Source: Candidatus Marinacidobacterales bacterium
GTDB taxonomy: Bacteria; Acidobacteriota; Vicinamibacteria; Marinacidobacterales; SMYC01
Reading direction: 5' to 3'
Length of the DNA stretch: 64,000 nucleotides
NCBI GenBank assembly: GCA_965224085.1
Contig: CBDCYI010000009.1
Location: forward strand, 448,001-512,000
Every line of letters starts with the position of its first letter. The stretch's first letter is position 1. The notes under the pieces are model-generated. The model saw only the letters and a list, made by a program, of their open reading frames with translations, was not told where the DNA came from and made no database searches. Below, piece after piece: positions 29,498 through 38,644 of the stretch. The translations under genes and the position numbers were made by a program.

Positions 29498-31531
29498 TCA
29501 ATCGAAGCGGATAGCCCGCACCCGCGCCGCGAGACGACGCGGATCGGGCTCGGACGCTCGCGCGAGCTCGGACCACCGAAGGCTCAGCCGCTCGACACCG
29601 ACGCTGTCCGCAGAGAGGTCGATGCGGAGCTCTTGCCAGCCGGGCGCGAGCTCACGAGGCGCAAGCATTTTCCCGTCGAGCTCCATCGAGACCGTTTGCG
29701 AACGCCCTTGAAGGCCTTGAAGAGGCGCTATCGAGAGCACCAGGGTGCGCGCCGATTTTGGGCGGCGGAACAACAGCGTGGAGCGCGTTCGGTGCGCCCA
29801 CCGGAACTCGTATGAGCCTTCCCGTTCGGCGAGCAGCCAGCCGCTTTCGAAATGTTGGCGCGAGCTCGGGGCGCCTGCCTCGATGTGCACGGGGTCGGGC
29901 GGCAGCGCCTCGCGCCGGGTCTTTAAGACGATGATCCCGGGATCCTCGTAGAAGGTATCGACAGGAAGCACGTCCTCGACGAAAGACACAACGCCACGTT
30001 TCGCGTAGGCTTTTTCGATCACAAAATAGCCCAGACCCAAAAAGCGAGCGACATGAGGCGCCGCGGCGCGCTCCCGCTTGAGGAGCTCTTCGGTGATCTC
30101 GATGCGACCTTTGCGCAGATCGATGAGCGGCCGCACGAGCGGAAGACCGAGATAGTACTCGCCCTTCTCGCGCGGCACGCGCGCCGCCGTGCCGACGAAG
30201 ATGCGCTTTCCATGAGTGCGCTGGTGGTCCATGATCTCGGCCGGGGACTGCTCGATACCGGGAATCTCCACGAGGGTGACGTCGCTCGGGTCGCGCGCAA
30301 GCTCGGCGTACACATCGTGGGTCTCGGCGCGAAAAAGAGGTGTCGGGATCGCCAAGTATTCCGCCACGAGAACGACGGCTGCGAGCGCGGTCGGCCAGCG
30401 TCTTTCAGGTGACCAGCGGAGCGCCATCATCATCGCGAGCGAGAGCATCATCATGATGGAGAAGCGCGAAGGTGCACGCAGATTCTCGAGGAGCGGCGTT
30501 TTGCTGATGAGCCAAAACGGCATCGGTACGCCGGTGTCGGCCCCAGCGATGTGTAGCGAGCTTCCGAGGCTCAGGACGAAGAAGACGAGGGCCGCCAAGG
30601 CCCAGAAGCGATGCCTCCACCCGAGCGCGGCGAGGACGAGCAACAAGAAGCCCGGAAAGACGGTCGTCTCCGTCAAATTGTCGGCAAACGCACGAGCGCC
30701 GAACATCGTCTGCTGCGGTGGTGGAACGACGAAAGCGGCGATGTCGGCGACGTAGCGATCCGCGCCGGGATAGGGCGGGTAGCTCCATTGGGACAAGTCA
30801 CGCCAAGCTTGCAAGAGAAGAGGCGCCATGAGTGCTATGACGACGAGACCGACGACGAGAACGCGGGCTACGAGCGCGCGTTCGCGACGGTAGGCAAGCC
30901 ATAGCAGCGTGAACAGGCCGAGGAAGACAAGATAGGAGAGCGCCGTGTAGCCGCACAGAGCCGCCACCAATCCTGTGAGGGCGGCGAGCGGCAAGTGTTG
31001 GCGCGGTCTTTCCGAGAGCTCGTGTAGCAGCAAGACATAGAGCGGGATCCACTCTGTTCCAAGGAGGTCGTAATGTCCTGCGAGGCGCGCAAGCCGATAC
31101 GGACAGAACGCGAACGCGATGCCGGCGAGAAAGGCACCTTCCCGGGTGGCCCCCACGCGACGCGCGAGTGCTTCGGCCGCGAGGGCAGAAGCGACGAATG
31201 TCCAGAGGATGAGAAGGTTCGGGGCTCTGACCGGTCCCGTGAGCTGCTCGAGCGTCGCCACGAGCACGCCTTGCAACGAAGCGAGCGTGTGGAGTGAGAG
31301 GCCGATACCAACAGGATAGAAGATATGCTCGGTCTCGAAAGGGCTCGTGCCGAGCTCGAAGACAGCTTTTTCGACCCACCAATAGTTCCAGAGATAAGCT
31401 TTGGCGTCTCCGCCCACCTCGCCGACGTGATGGGTCCCGAAATGCCATGCGAGTGGATAGGTGAAGAGGACCGCCAGAGCGAGGTAGGCTAGAGCCAGAA
31501 GACAAGCCCGGAGGGCTCGCCTCGACGTCAC
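29498..31531 (-). CDS. Multi-pass membrane protein, GT-C/YfhO-like glycosyltransferase
   Basis: Many TM helices; YLWNYWW, FYPVG, AFAFCPYR, LRAPSRF. Confidence 0.65.
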   Translation of the reverse strand: MTSRRALRACLLALAYLALAVLFTYPLAWHFGTHHVGEVGGDAKAYLWNYWWVEKAVFELGTSPFETEHIFYPVGIGLSLHTLASLQGVLVATLEQLTGPVRAPNLLILWTFVASALAAEALARRVGATREGAFLAGIAFAFCPYRLARLAGHYDLLGTEWIPLYVLLLHELSERPRQHLPLAALTGLVAALCGYTALSYLVFLGLFTLLWLAYRRERALVARVLVVGLVVIALMAPLLLQAWRDLSQWSYPPYPGADRYVADIAAFVVPPPQQTMFGARAFADNLTETTVFPGFLLLVLAALGWRHRFWALAALVFFVLSLGSSLHIAGADTGVPMPFWLISKTPLLENLRAPSRFSIMMMLSLAMMMALRWSPERRWPTALAAVVLVAEYLAIPTPLFRAETHDVYAELARDPSDVTLVEIPGIEQSPAEIMDHQRTHGKRIFVGTAARVPREKGEYYLGLPLVRPLIDLRKGRIEITEELLKRERAAAPHVARFLGLGYFVIEKAYAKRGVVSFVEDVLPVDTFYEDPGIIVLKTRREALPPDPVHIEAGAPSSRQHFESGWLLAEREGSYEFRWAHRTRSTLLFRRPKSARTLVLSIAPLQGLQGRSQTVSMELDGKMLAPRELAPGWQELRIDLSADSVGVERLSLRWSELARASEPDPRRLAARVRAIRFD

Positions 31532-32580
31532 GAAGACCCGGCTCCGTTTTTCTGGCTCCGCCTCCGTCGAAAATACTCCACTTGATATTTGTGCACGGCG
31601 CTTTCGTGCTCGCGATAGCTCTTCGAGAAGTGATGCGTCCCGTCGTTTTTAGAAACGAAGTAGAGATAAGAGGAGTCCGCGGGCTCGAGCACGGCATGGA
31701 TGGAAGCTTCGCCCGGCGAGGCGATGGGTCCGGGCGGGATGCCGGCAACGCGATAGGTGTTGTAGGGGCTTTTGAGCTCGAGGTCGACGCGACGAATATT
31801 TCCGTCATACGTACCTTGGAGCTTCAGCGCGTAAATGATCGTGGAATCCATGCCGAGCGCCATCCCCCGCTCGAGGCGATTCCACACGACTGAGCCGATG
31901 AGCGGCCTCTCGTCGGCGCTCCCCGTTTCTTTTTCGATGATGGAGGCAAGCGCCACGACTTCACGCACCGTCAAGCCTAGCTCTTTGGCCCTGTTCCTCT
32001 TGCCGTCGTCGAACACTGCTTTGAATTGTCCCACCATTGTGCGGGCCACTTCGGCGGCCGTCTGATTGCGCGTGAACTGGTACCGGGTGGGGAACAAGTA
32101 ACCTTCGAGATTGGGCGCGTCTCGGTCGAGCTTTGCAATCAGAGCCGCGTTTTCGAATGCGTCTTCGAGCTTTTCCGCGTCTGAGACACCGTGACTCGCC
32201 AAGTGCTCGGCGATCTCGACGAGCGTCAAGCCTTCGGGAACGGTGACGCCGAACGTATAGATGTCGCCCGCGACGAGCCGGTCCAACACCTCCAATGTGG
32301 AGAGCGGCTCCGAGAAGCGATACTCGCCTGCTTGAATCCGGTTCGTGTTGTCTCGAAGCCTGAGCGCCGCCTTGAAGATCCTCTCATCCTCGACGATACC
32401 TGCTTCGTGGAGAGCGCGTGCGATGGACGCCCCGGCGGCCCCGCGCTCGACGGTGAAGAAAACTTCGTCGCCGAAATTCTTGTACGGCGTCTGCGCGGCC
32501 TCGTAAGCGCTGTAAGCGACGGTGAAGGCGGCGGCCGCGGCGATGAGCAGAAGAAGAACGAGGACTTTGACGACGCGCAT
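31528..32580 (-). CDS. mltG: Endolytic transglycosylase MltG
   Basis: TVPEG, LEGYLFP, ASIIEKET, SPYNTY, PPGPIASPG, YLYFV. Confidence 0.95.
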   Translation of the reverse strand: MRVVKVLVLLLLIAAAAAFTVAYSAYEAAQTPYKNFGDEVFFTVERGAAGASIARALHEAGIVEDERIFKAALRLRDNTNRIQAGEYRFSEPLSTLEVLDRLVAGDIYTFGVTVPEGLTLVEIAEHLASHGVSDAEKLEDAFENAALIAKLDRDAPNLEGYLFPTRYQFTRNQTAAEVARTMVGQFKAVFDDGKRNRAKELGLTVREVVALASIIEKETGSADERPLIGSVVWNRLERGMALGMDSTIIYALKLQGTYDGNIRRVDLELKSPYNTYRVAGIPPGPIASPGEASIHAVLEPADSSYLYFVSKNDGTHHFSKSYREHESAVHKYQVEYFRRRRSQKNGAGSS

Positions 32581-32590
32581 ATCGGAAGCC

Positions 32591-33004
32591 CTACCCGCTC
32601 CTCGAATCCAGGTAGCCCTGGAGGATGAGTGCCGCAGCGACTTTGTCGATCGTCTGTTTGCGTTTCGCGCGCGACATGTCGGCTTCAAGAAGAGCGCGCT
32701 CGGCAGAAACGGTCGTGAATCGCTCGTCCCAAGTCGTCACCGTGAGCTCGGTCGCCGCGCGGAGCGCCTCGATGAAGCGGCCGATTTTCTTTGCTTGAGG
32801 TCCCTCGGAGCCGTCGAGCGACAAGGGCATTCCGACAAGAATCTCGGCGACGTCCTCGCTGCGCGCGAGCTCCAAGAGGTGCGCGATGTCTTTGCGGTTC
32901 CCGCGGCGCTCAAGGGTTTGCTTGGGCGTCGCGATGACAGCACCTTCGTCGGAAAGAGCCACACCTATGCGCCTGTCGCCGACGTCGAGTCCCATTAAAC
33001 GCAT
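32591..33004 (-). CDS. ruvX: Holliday junction resolvase-like RuvX/YqgF
   Basis: [34 protein letters not shown]. Confidence 0.95.
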   Translation of the reverse strand: MRLMGLDVGDRRIGVALSDEGAVIATPKQTLERRGNRKDIAHLLELARSEDVAEILVGMPLSLDGSEGPQAKKIGRFIEALRAATELTVTTWDERFTTVSAERALLEADMSRAKRKQTIDKVAAALILQGYLDSRSG

Positions 33005-33060
33005 CGTTATATTAAGGTTAAAGAGAGTATAGACTTCGCTCGGAAAAGCGGTCAAACGAG

Positions 33061-34101
33061 ATGATTCTACTCGGCGCGTCCGGACTTGCGCTCGAAAGCG
33101 ACGATCGCACCCTCCTCTCCGCGCTGGCGCTTTCCGCGGCCACCGGGCGCGCCTTCCAATGGGAAGGTTTCCGCCGGCGAACGAAAGGGCTCTGTGCCAG
33201 CGAAGCGCAATGGGTCCAGTTCTTCGCTTCATTGTGCGATGCGAGAGCTTTCGCTGGCGAGCCCGGGGGCAGCGTCGTGGAGTTCCATCCCAAAACACCC
33301 GCTGTGGTTGTACCAGGCGAGCACGAGATATCCATTCCAGGCGACGAGCCTGCCCTCCCGTTTCTTCGTGCAGCGCTTTTCGCACTCGCACGGGCCGAAG
33401 GTGCGTCGCGCTTGGCGGTGAAAGGGAGCACGCACGCGCCGGGGAACGAGACGTTCGAAGTGACGAGCTCGACATGGACGGGAATGCTGAAGCCGCTCGG
33501 CGTCGAACTCGAGGTGCAGCTGGACTCTGCCGGATTTCTGCCGCGAGGCGGCGGCGAGATCACGGCGCGCGTGGCCGGCGGTGCGCGCTGGATGGGCGCC
33601 GATTGGTCGAAGCGGGATGAGCTCGACGCCATTCGAATCGTTTCCGCCGGAGCGTCGCTTCCTGCTCACGTCCAGCAGCGTCAGGCGGCTCGCGCTCGCT
33701 CGGGCGTCGCGATCTCGGGCATCGAGCCATCCGTACAGCTTTTGAAGCTCCGTGCCGGAAGCTCAGGAAGTGTCGTGGCCGTCACGGGATCCTTCGGAGG
33801 GCTCCGCGTCACAATGGCTTCGGTGAGCGAGCGGGGGAAGTCGGCCGAGACCGCCGGGGAAGAGGTTTCGGCTGCGTTTCGTCGCTACGCGCGACAGCCG
33901 CACGTCGTGCCTGAGGGCCTCGTGGACTCGCTCCTGCCTTTTCTCGCTTTCGCCGAAGCGCCGTCCACGCTTACCACGCCGCGCCTCCTGCCTCGCGCAC
34001 TCGCTGGCACGCAACTCGTCGAGGCGTTCACAGGGCGGAAAGTCGAAATCGACGGTGAGCCGAACGGCCCCGCGACCATCACGATCCCGCCTTCGCCCTG
34101 A
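33061..34101 (+). CDS. RNA 3'-terminal phosphate cyclase-like protein, catalytic motifs degenerate
   Basis: Collinear with RtcA: SALALSAATG, GSTH, GFLPRGGG, LPAHVQQRQ, KSAE; EGGGQ, QH and HLxTN motifs altered. Confidence 0.8.
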   Translation: MILLGASGLALESDDRTLLSALALSAATGRAFQWEGFRRRTKGLCASEAQWVQFFASLCDARAFAGEPGGSVVEFHPKTPAVVVPGEHEISIPGDEPALPFLRAALFALARAEGASRLAVKGSTHAPGNETFEVTSSTWTGMLKPLGVELEVQLDSAGFLPRGGGEITARVAGGARWMGADWSKRDELDAIRIVSAGASLPAHVQQRQAARARSGVAISGIEPSVQLLKLRAGSSGSVVAVTGSFGGLRVTMASVSERGKSAETAGEEVSAAFRRYARQPHVVPEGLVDSLLPFLAFAEAPSTLTTPRLLPRALAGTQLVEAFTGRKVEIDGEPNGPATITIPPSP

Positions 34102-34124
34102 CGGGCTTCGGCGAGGCAAGCCCG
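34087..34124. repeat. REP-like palindrome or terminator, copy 1
   Basis: CCGCCTTCGCCCTGACGGGCTTCGGCGAGGCAAGCCCG; similar copy at 39842. Confidence 0.6.
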
Positions 34125-34214
34125 CTGAGCGAGCACTGAGCGCTGGAGTTGCAAACTGCACGATGGGCTTGCATACTAAAACGCTTGGCTGCAACAAACT
34201 AGGAAAGATGCGAC

Positions 34215-35426
34215 ATGAGGCGCGCTAACCTCGCTCTATTGCTGGCTCTTTCCATGTCGGTTGCTCTGTTCGCAGGGGCTGAGTCGCCGGCTCCCGATGT
34301 CGACGCCCGCCTCGAAGACGAAGAAGCGAAGCTCGAGCTTTTGAACGAGAGGCTAGGCCTCCTGAACGAAGAGCTCTTGCAGCTGGATTCGAAGCAAACG
34401 ACACTTCTTGGTGAGCTGCACCGCTTCGATATCCAGATTCGCCTCGCGAACAAACAGCTCGAGCTTCTAGGTCTGGAGCTCAAACGCGGCTATCGTGAGA
34501 TCGACGAGAACCTGAAGCGTATCCAGGCCCTTCAAGCCTCCATCGCCGAGCTCATCCCCTACCTGAAGAGCAGGTCGGTGAGTCTGTACAAGCAAGGGCG
34601 GCTGAGCTATCTGCGGCTGCTTCTTTCCGTGGAGAAGCCTTCCGAACTGACGCGGGCCTACCGCTATGTCTCTCGTCTCGCGCGCGAGGATGGAAAGAAG
34701 ATGTCGCGCTTTCTCGACGATCAGAAAACATTGGAAGACACGAAAGCGCAGCTTCTTAGACAGACCGAAGCCGCCCTCGCGACACGCAAGCAGCTCCAGG
34801 CCGCGACCCGTACGCTCGCGAGCCGGCGGGAGAGCCGGGCGACGCTTCTCTACGAAATCGAGAGCCGCCGTGAGATGGCGGGAACTCTTGTGTACGAGCT
34901 CGAGCAGGCCCGCGAACAGCTCGGCGCCCTCCTTGAAACGTTGGCCGGGGGCGAGCCGCTGCCTGACGCTGCGACGGTCCACATTCCCATGCGCGTCTTC
35001 CAGGGTGAGCTCGGCTGGCCGCTTGACGGCACGCTCGAAGGGCGCTTCGGGACAGAGCTTCACCCGCGCTTCAAAACCGTGACGGTGCGGAACGGGATCG
35101 AGATAGACGCCCCGCTCGGCACACCGGTGGGCGCCGTTTACGACGGTGAGGTCGCCTTTGCCGCCTGGTTCGAAGGCTATGGCAAACTCCTCATCCTTCG
35201 CCACCCGGGACACGTCCACAGCCTCTACGGCTATCTCGATGATTTCACCGTTTCGCCCGGCGATTGGGTGGAGCAAGGCCAGCCCGTTGCCTCGGTCGGC
35301 GAGACGGGGTCGCTTGAGGGCGCACGGCTCTACTTCGAGATTCGGTTCGAGGGCGCCCCGGTCGACCCGGAGACCTGGCTCGATCCGTCGCGAAAGGTCG
35401 CACTTCCAATAAATGCCGCGAATTGA
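34215..35426 (+). CDS. EnvC-like murein hydrolase activator (coiled coil plus degenerate M23 domain)
   Basis: Signal peptide, long coiled coil, WPLDG, NGIEI, GYGKLLILRH, LYFEIR. Confidence 0.85.
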   Translation: MRRANLALLLALSMSVALFAGAESPAPDVDARLEDEEAKLELLNERLGLLNEELLQLDSKQTTLLGELHRFDIQIRLANKQLELLGLELKRGYREIDENLKRIQALQASIAELIPYLKSRSVSLYKQGRLSYLRLLLSVEKPSELTRAYRYVSRLAREDGKKMSRFLDDQKTLEDTKAQLLRQTEAALATRKQLQAATRTLASRRESRATLLYEIESRREMAGTLVYELEQAREQLGALLETLAGGEPLPDAATVHIPMRVFQGELGWPLDGTLEGRFGTELHPRFKTVTVRNGIEIDAPLGTPVGAVYDGEVAFAAWFEGYGKLLILRHPGHVHSLYGYLDDFTVSPGDWVEQGQPVASVGETGSLEGARLYFEIRFEGAPVDPETWLDPSRKVALPINAAN

Positions 35427-35488
35427 CCCACGCCCACTGGCGCGGCAAAATAGCCATAGAGCCTTATCACTGGAGGATTTGCTAGCCC

Positions 35489-36643
35489 ATGAAGAAGGTA
35501 CGCGCCAAGCACCTCATTCTCACTTTCTCTCTCCCGTTCGTTCTCTACGCCATTCTCGGCGGATTTCTCGGCCGTGCCCTGGCGCGCGACAGCACCTACC
35601 GCTACCTCTCCGTTTTCCAGGACGTCGTCACCCTTCTCATGAACAACTATCTGGAGGCGCCGGAGATGGATGAGGTCATGGATGGCGCCATCCGCGGGAT
35701 GATGGAGGCTCTCGACACCGACAGTGTGTATCTCACGCCCGAGGAGTTCCAAGCTTTTCGTGACCCGAATGCGCAGCCGCAGGCGGGCATCGGCGTTGAA
35801 ATCACGAAGCGATACTATCTTCAGGTCGTAGCGGTGCTGCCGGGCTCGCCCGCCGAAGCCGCCGGGCTTCAGCCGGGCGATCAGCTGAAATCCATCGACG
35901 GCGAGAACACGCGCGAGACGAACGTCGTGGTCGGCGATACCAAGCTGAGAGGACCTGCAGGATCCAAGCTCGACCTCGAAGTGATTCGAGGACGCCAGCC
36001 GGAGCCCATCAAGATGACGGTGAATCGCCGTGACGTCGTCTCGTCACCCGTCGAGTTCGAGCTTCTCGAGGACAAAACCGGCTACATTCACGTGACATCC
36101 TTTCGCAGCCGGACGGCCACGGACGTCAAACGCAGCCTCGAGATGCTTAAAGGCCACGGCGTGTTGCGCATCGTTCTTGACGTGCGGAACAGTTTCGGGC
36201 GCCTTGCCGAAGATGGCGCCCATGTCGCCGAGCTCTTTGTGCCTGGTGGCGTCGCAGCTCGGCTGCAGTCGCGCAGCGGTGAGACAACCGACGTGACGCT
36301 AGCGTTCGACGAGGTCGCCTTCGACGGACCGACGGCCGTTCTCATCAATCGAGGAAGCTCGGGCGCCGGCGAGATCGTCGCCAGTGCCTTTCGCTCCGCC
36401 AAGCGCGGGGAGCTCATCGGCATCCAGACCTCCGGCCGCAGCGCGGTGCAAAAAACTATTTCGCTCGGAGATGGTGCCGGCATCATACTCTCGGTGGGCC
36501 AGTATTGGACCCCGGACGGGAAAGCCATGCTGGGTGAAGGCCTCGAGCCGACGATCGAAGTGAGCCGCCCCCCCGACACCCCCAAAGACAAAGACCCCGT
36601 GCTCGACAAGGCTCTCGAGGTCCTTGCTGAAGAGAGCGCTTGA
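35489..36643 (+). CDS. S41/CtpA-like PDZ protease homologue, catalytic dyad substituted
   Basis: GAIRGMMEALD, PDZ GSPAEAAGLQPGD, LDVRN; GSSGAGEI and TSGRSAVQ in place of SASASEI and TFGKGSVQ. Confidence 0.85.
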   Translation: MKKVRAKHLILTFSLPFVLYAILGGFLGRALARDSTYRYLSVFQDVVTLLMNNYLEAPEMDEVMDGAIRGMMEALDTDSVYLTPEEFQAFRDPNAQPQAGIGVEITKRYYLQVVAVLPGSPAEAAGLQPGDQLKSIDGENTRETNVVVGDTKLRGPAGSKLDLEVIRGRQPEPIKMTVNRRDVVSSPVEFELLEDKTGYIHVTSFRSRTATDVKRSLEMLKGHGVLRIVLDVRNSFGRLAEDGAHVAELFVPGGVAARLQSRSGETTDVTLAFDEVAFDGPTAVLINRGSSGAGEIVASAFRSAKRGELIGIQTSGRSAVQKTISLGDGAGIILSVGQYWTPDGKAMLGEGLEPTIEVSRPPDTPKDKDPVLDKALEVLAEESA

Positions 36644-36892
36644 TCAGCATTCAGCATTCAGGATCGCCGTGCCTGCGGTTTTTGCCGCGGGATCCTGAAC
36701 AACGAGCGCGACGCGCACTAAGCGCGAGCCTTGTAAACCTGAAAGCTGTTGAAAGTAACTCACTCGCGTCCGCAGAAAAGCCTGAACAAAATTCTCGTTT
36801 CTGACCGTTTAGAGTTTAAAAGCGGTGGGCCGTGCCCACGATCCGACAAGACGACACGGCCTCAGTCCTGCCGAATGCTGAATGCCGCAAGA

Positions 36893-36928
36893 AAAAGCCG
36901 GCAGCCCCAAAGGGGACCACCGGCCTTT
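36893..36928. terminator. Probable intrinsic terminator between convergent genes
   Basis: AAAAGCCGG-CAGCCCCAAAGGGGACCA-CCGGCCTTT nested hairpin. Confidence 0.55.
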
Positions 36929-36941
36929 CCAGTTAAAGCAA

Positions 36942-38489
36942 CTAGCCTGCGATGACGAACTCCAGCTCTTCTTTGAGCCTCTCGCCTTTGATTTTGTCCG
37001 TCACGTGGATCTCGATCTTGTACGTGCCGGGCTCCTTGAAGTTCGGGATGTTGAGCGGGATTTCGAGGATTGTGAGGGCCATCTCCGCGCTCTGTAGCAT
37101 GAACGGCCCTTCCCTCGTCTGCCCGCGTCCTTGTCCGTCTTTGAAGAAGCGAACCTGAACGGTCAGGTCGGGCTTGTCACCCTCGACGCCGAAGTTATAG
37201 GCGTGGAAGACGACAGCTAGCTCATCTTCGGTGGTGTAGACCGACCCGCGCTTGGGCGTGAAGTGGTAGCCTCCCAGGAGGAAGGCATTTCCGAACTGCG
37301 CCATCGTCTCGCCGGTTTGCTCGGCATCCGAGAACATCAACAGGGAGGAGAGCTTTAGCTTGCCCGACGCGAAGTCGGGGACCTCGAGGTCGATGATCTG
37401 CGTTCCGTGGACTTGCGATTCATCGAGCAAGCCGACGTAAAGCGTGTGAAGGCCGGGGAGGAGCTGCAGCGGCCACTCATACGCGTGCTTGCCGTCCGCG
37501 GTCTTCGAGACTTTTGCGAGCTCCTCGAACTGGTAAATCTCGAAGCCGTCGGCGTTCTCGACCGAGCCGAAGATGGTGACGTCTTCTTTGCTCAGGCCTT
37601 CGGAAATAACTACGTCGATGGCGATGAAAACTTGCCCGGCGGAGGAGCTGAAGAAAACGGGGCTCAGGGTAAAACCGATATCCGTGCTGATCTCTCCCGT
37701 TTCACGAAGAGAGGCGAGGAGCAACTTGGCCGGGCTGTTGGGGTCGAACTTGTTGTCCGGCTTTCTTAGACGGCCCTTTTCGTCAAGCGCATAGTTGATA
37801 CCGGGATTTGTGATGAAACGCTCCTTGACGCGCTCGAGCCGCTCGGCGATGTCGTTGCCGTTCGAGAGGCGAAATCCGAACTGCGCTTGGTTGCGGAACT
37901 CGACCGCGAGACCGTCCGGGATACCCGCTTGCGGGTTCGGATCGTAGACCCAAGTAATGTTGGGGTTGTCCCCGCCTCTCAGATCCTGCGAGAACTCGGA
38001 GCTTCCAACGCCGCCGCCACCTGGTTCTTCGGGGCCACCGGGGCCACCGCCGCCAGCGCCACCCCCACCCCCACCGGCAGCGTCGGCAGTCGGATTTCCG
38101 CCTGCGCCAGCCGTTCGGCCGCGCTGCTGCTGGGACGGGGGTCCGAGAAGTAAGAAAATCTTGCCCATGTCGTTCTCGGAGCCCTTGGCGCCCCGGGTTT
38201 TGAAATTCTTGTCGGCGACTTTGATCCCTGCTTCGTAACCTTTCTTGAACTCGTTCTCTTGGGTTCCGCGGTTAGAATCGCGGCGCATCCAGAAAAGCTC
38301 TTTGAAGAGCTTTCTGTCGTCCTTGCTGATTTGCTGGAACGTCGCGGTTTCTTGCTTTGTGATGATGGGGCCGACTTCTGTCTCCATCCACTTTTTATCG
38401 CCTTTGCTCAGCTTGTCCTGGGCGAGGCCGGTGGCGGCGAAGCCGATTAGGCTAAAGAAGGCAAGAGTCCGCAATCGTTTGTTAAACAT
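36942..38489 (-). CDS. GWxTD-domain protein (variant motif), signal peptide, Gly-rich linker
   Basis: KKWMETEV..II..E, FWMRRD..ENEFK, GSENDMGKIFLLLGPP; C-terminal beta-sandwiches (LSSL, PGTYKIEI). Confidence 0.75.
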   Translation of the reverse strand: MFNKRLRTLAFFSLIGFAATGLAQDKLSKGDKKWMETEVGPIITKQETATFQQISKDDRKLFKELFWMRRDSNRGTQENEFKKGYEAGIKVADKNFKTRGAKGSENDMGKIFLLLGPPSQQQRGRTAGAGGNPTADAAGGGGGGAGGGGPGGPEEPGGGGVGSSEFSQDLRGGDNPNITWVYDPNPQAGIPDGLAVEFRNQAQFGFRLSNGNDIAERLERVKERFITNPGINYALDEKGRLRKPDNKFDPNSPAKLLLASLRETGEISTDIGFTLSPVFFSSSAGQVFIAIDVVISEGLSKEDVTIFGSVENADGFEIYQFEELAKVSKTADGKHAYEWPLQLLPGLHTLYVGLLDESQVHGTQIIDLEVPDFASGKLKLSSLLMFSDAEQTGETMAQFGNAFLLGGYHFTPKRGSVYTTEDELAVVFHAYNFGVEGDKPDLTVQVRFFKDGQGRGQTREGPFMLQSAEMALTILEIPLNIPNFKEPGTYKIEIHVTDKIKGERLKEELEFVIAG

Positions 38490-38644
38490 CAAGGTCTCCT
38501 TTTTTCGTCGAGGTCCGGGCGTCCCGGACACGCAGATGCCTGGCCGAACAGCGCCCGCCGAAGGATACGCTGCTTCGAATCGAAGCGCAAATCGCACCGG
38601 CGCACCGCGGCGACCCTCGTGCAAGTCGCGTGCTATACTGCCGT

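Noticed and set aside
34148-34195. Sigma-54 promoter upstream of the EnvC-like gene
   Set aside because: The GG-N10-GC spacing is not satisfied.
38000-38110. GC-rich repeats inside the GWxTD gene
   Set aside because: Explained by a Gly/Pro-rich protein linker.
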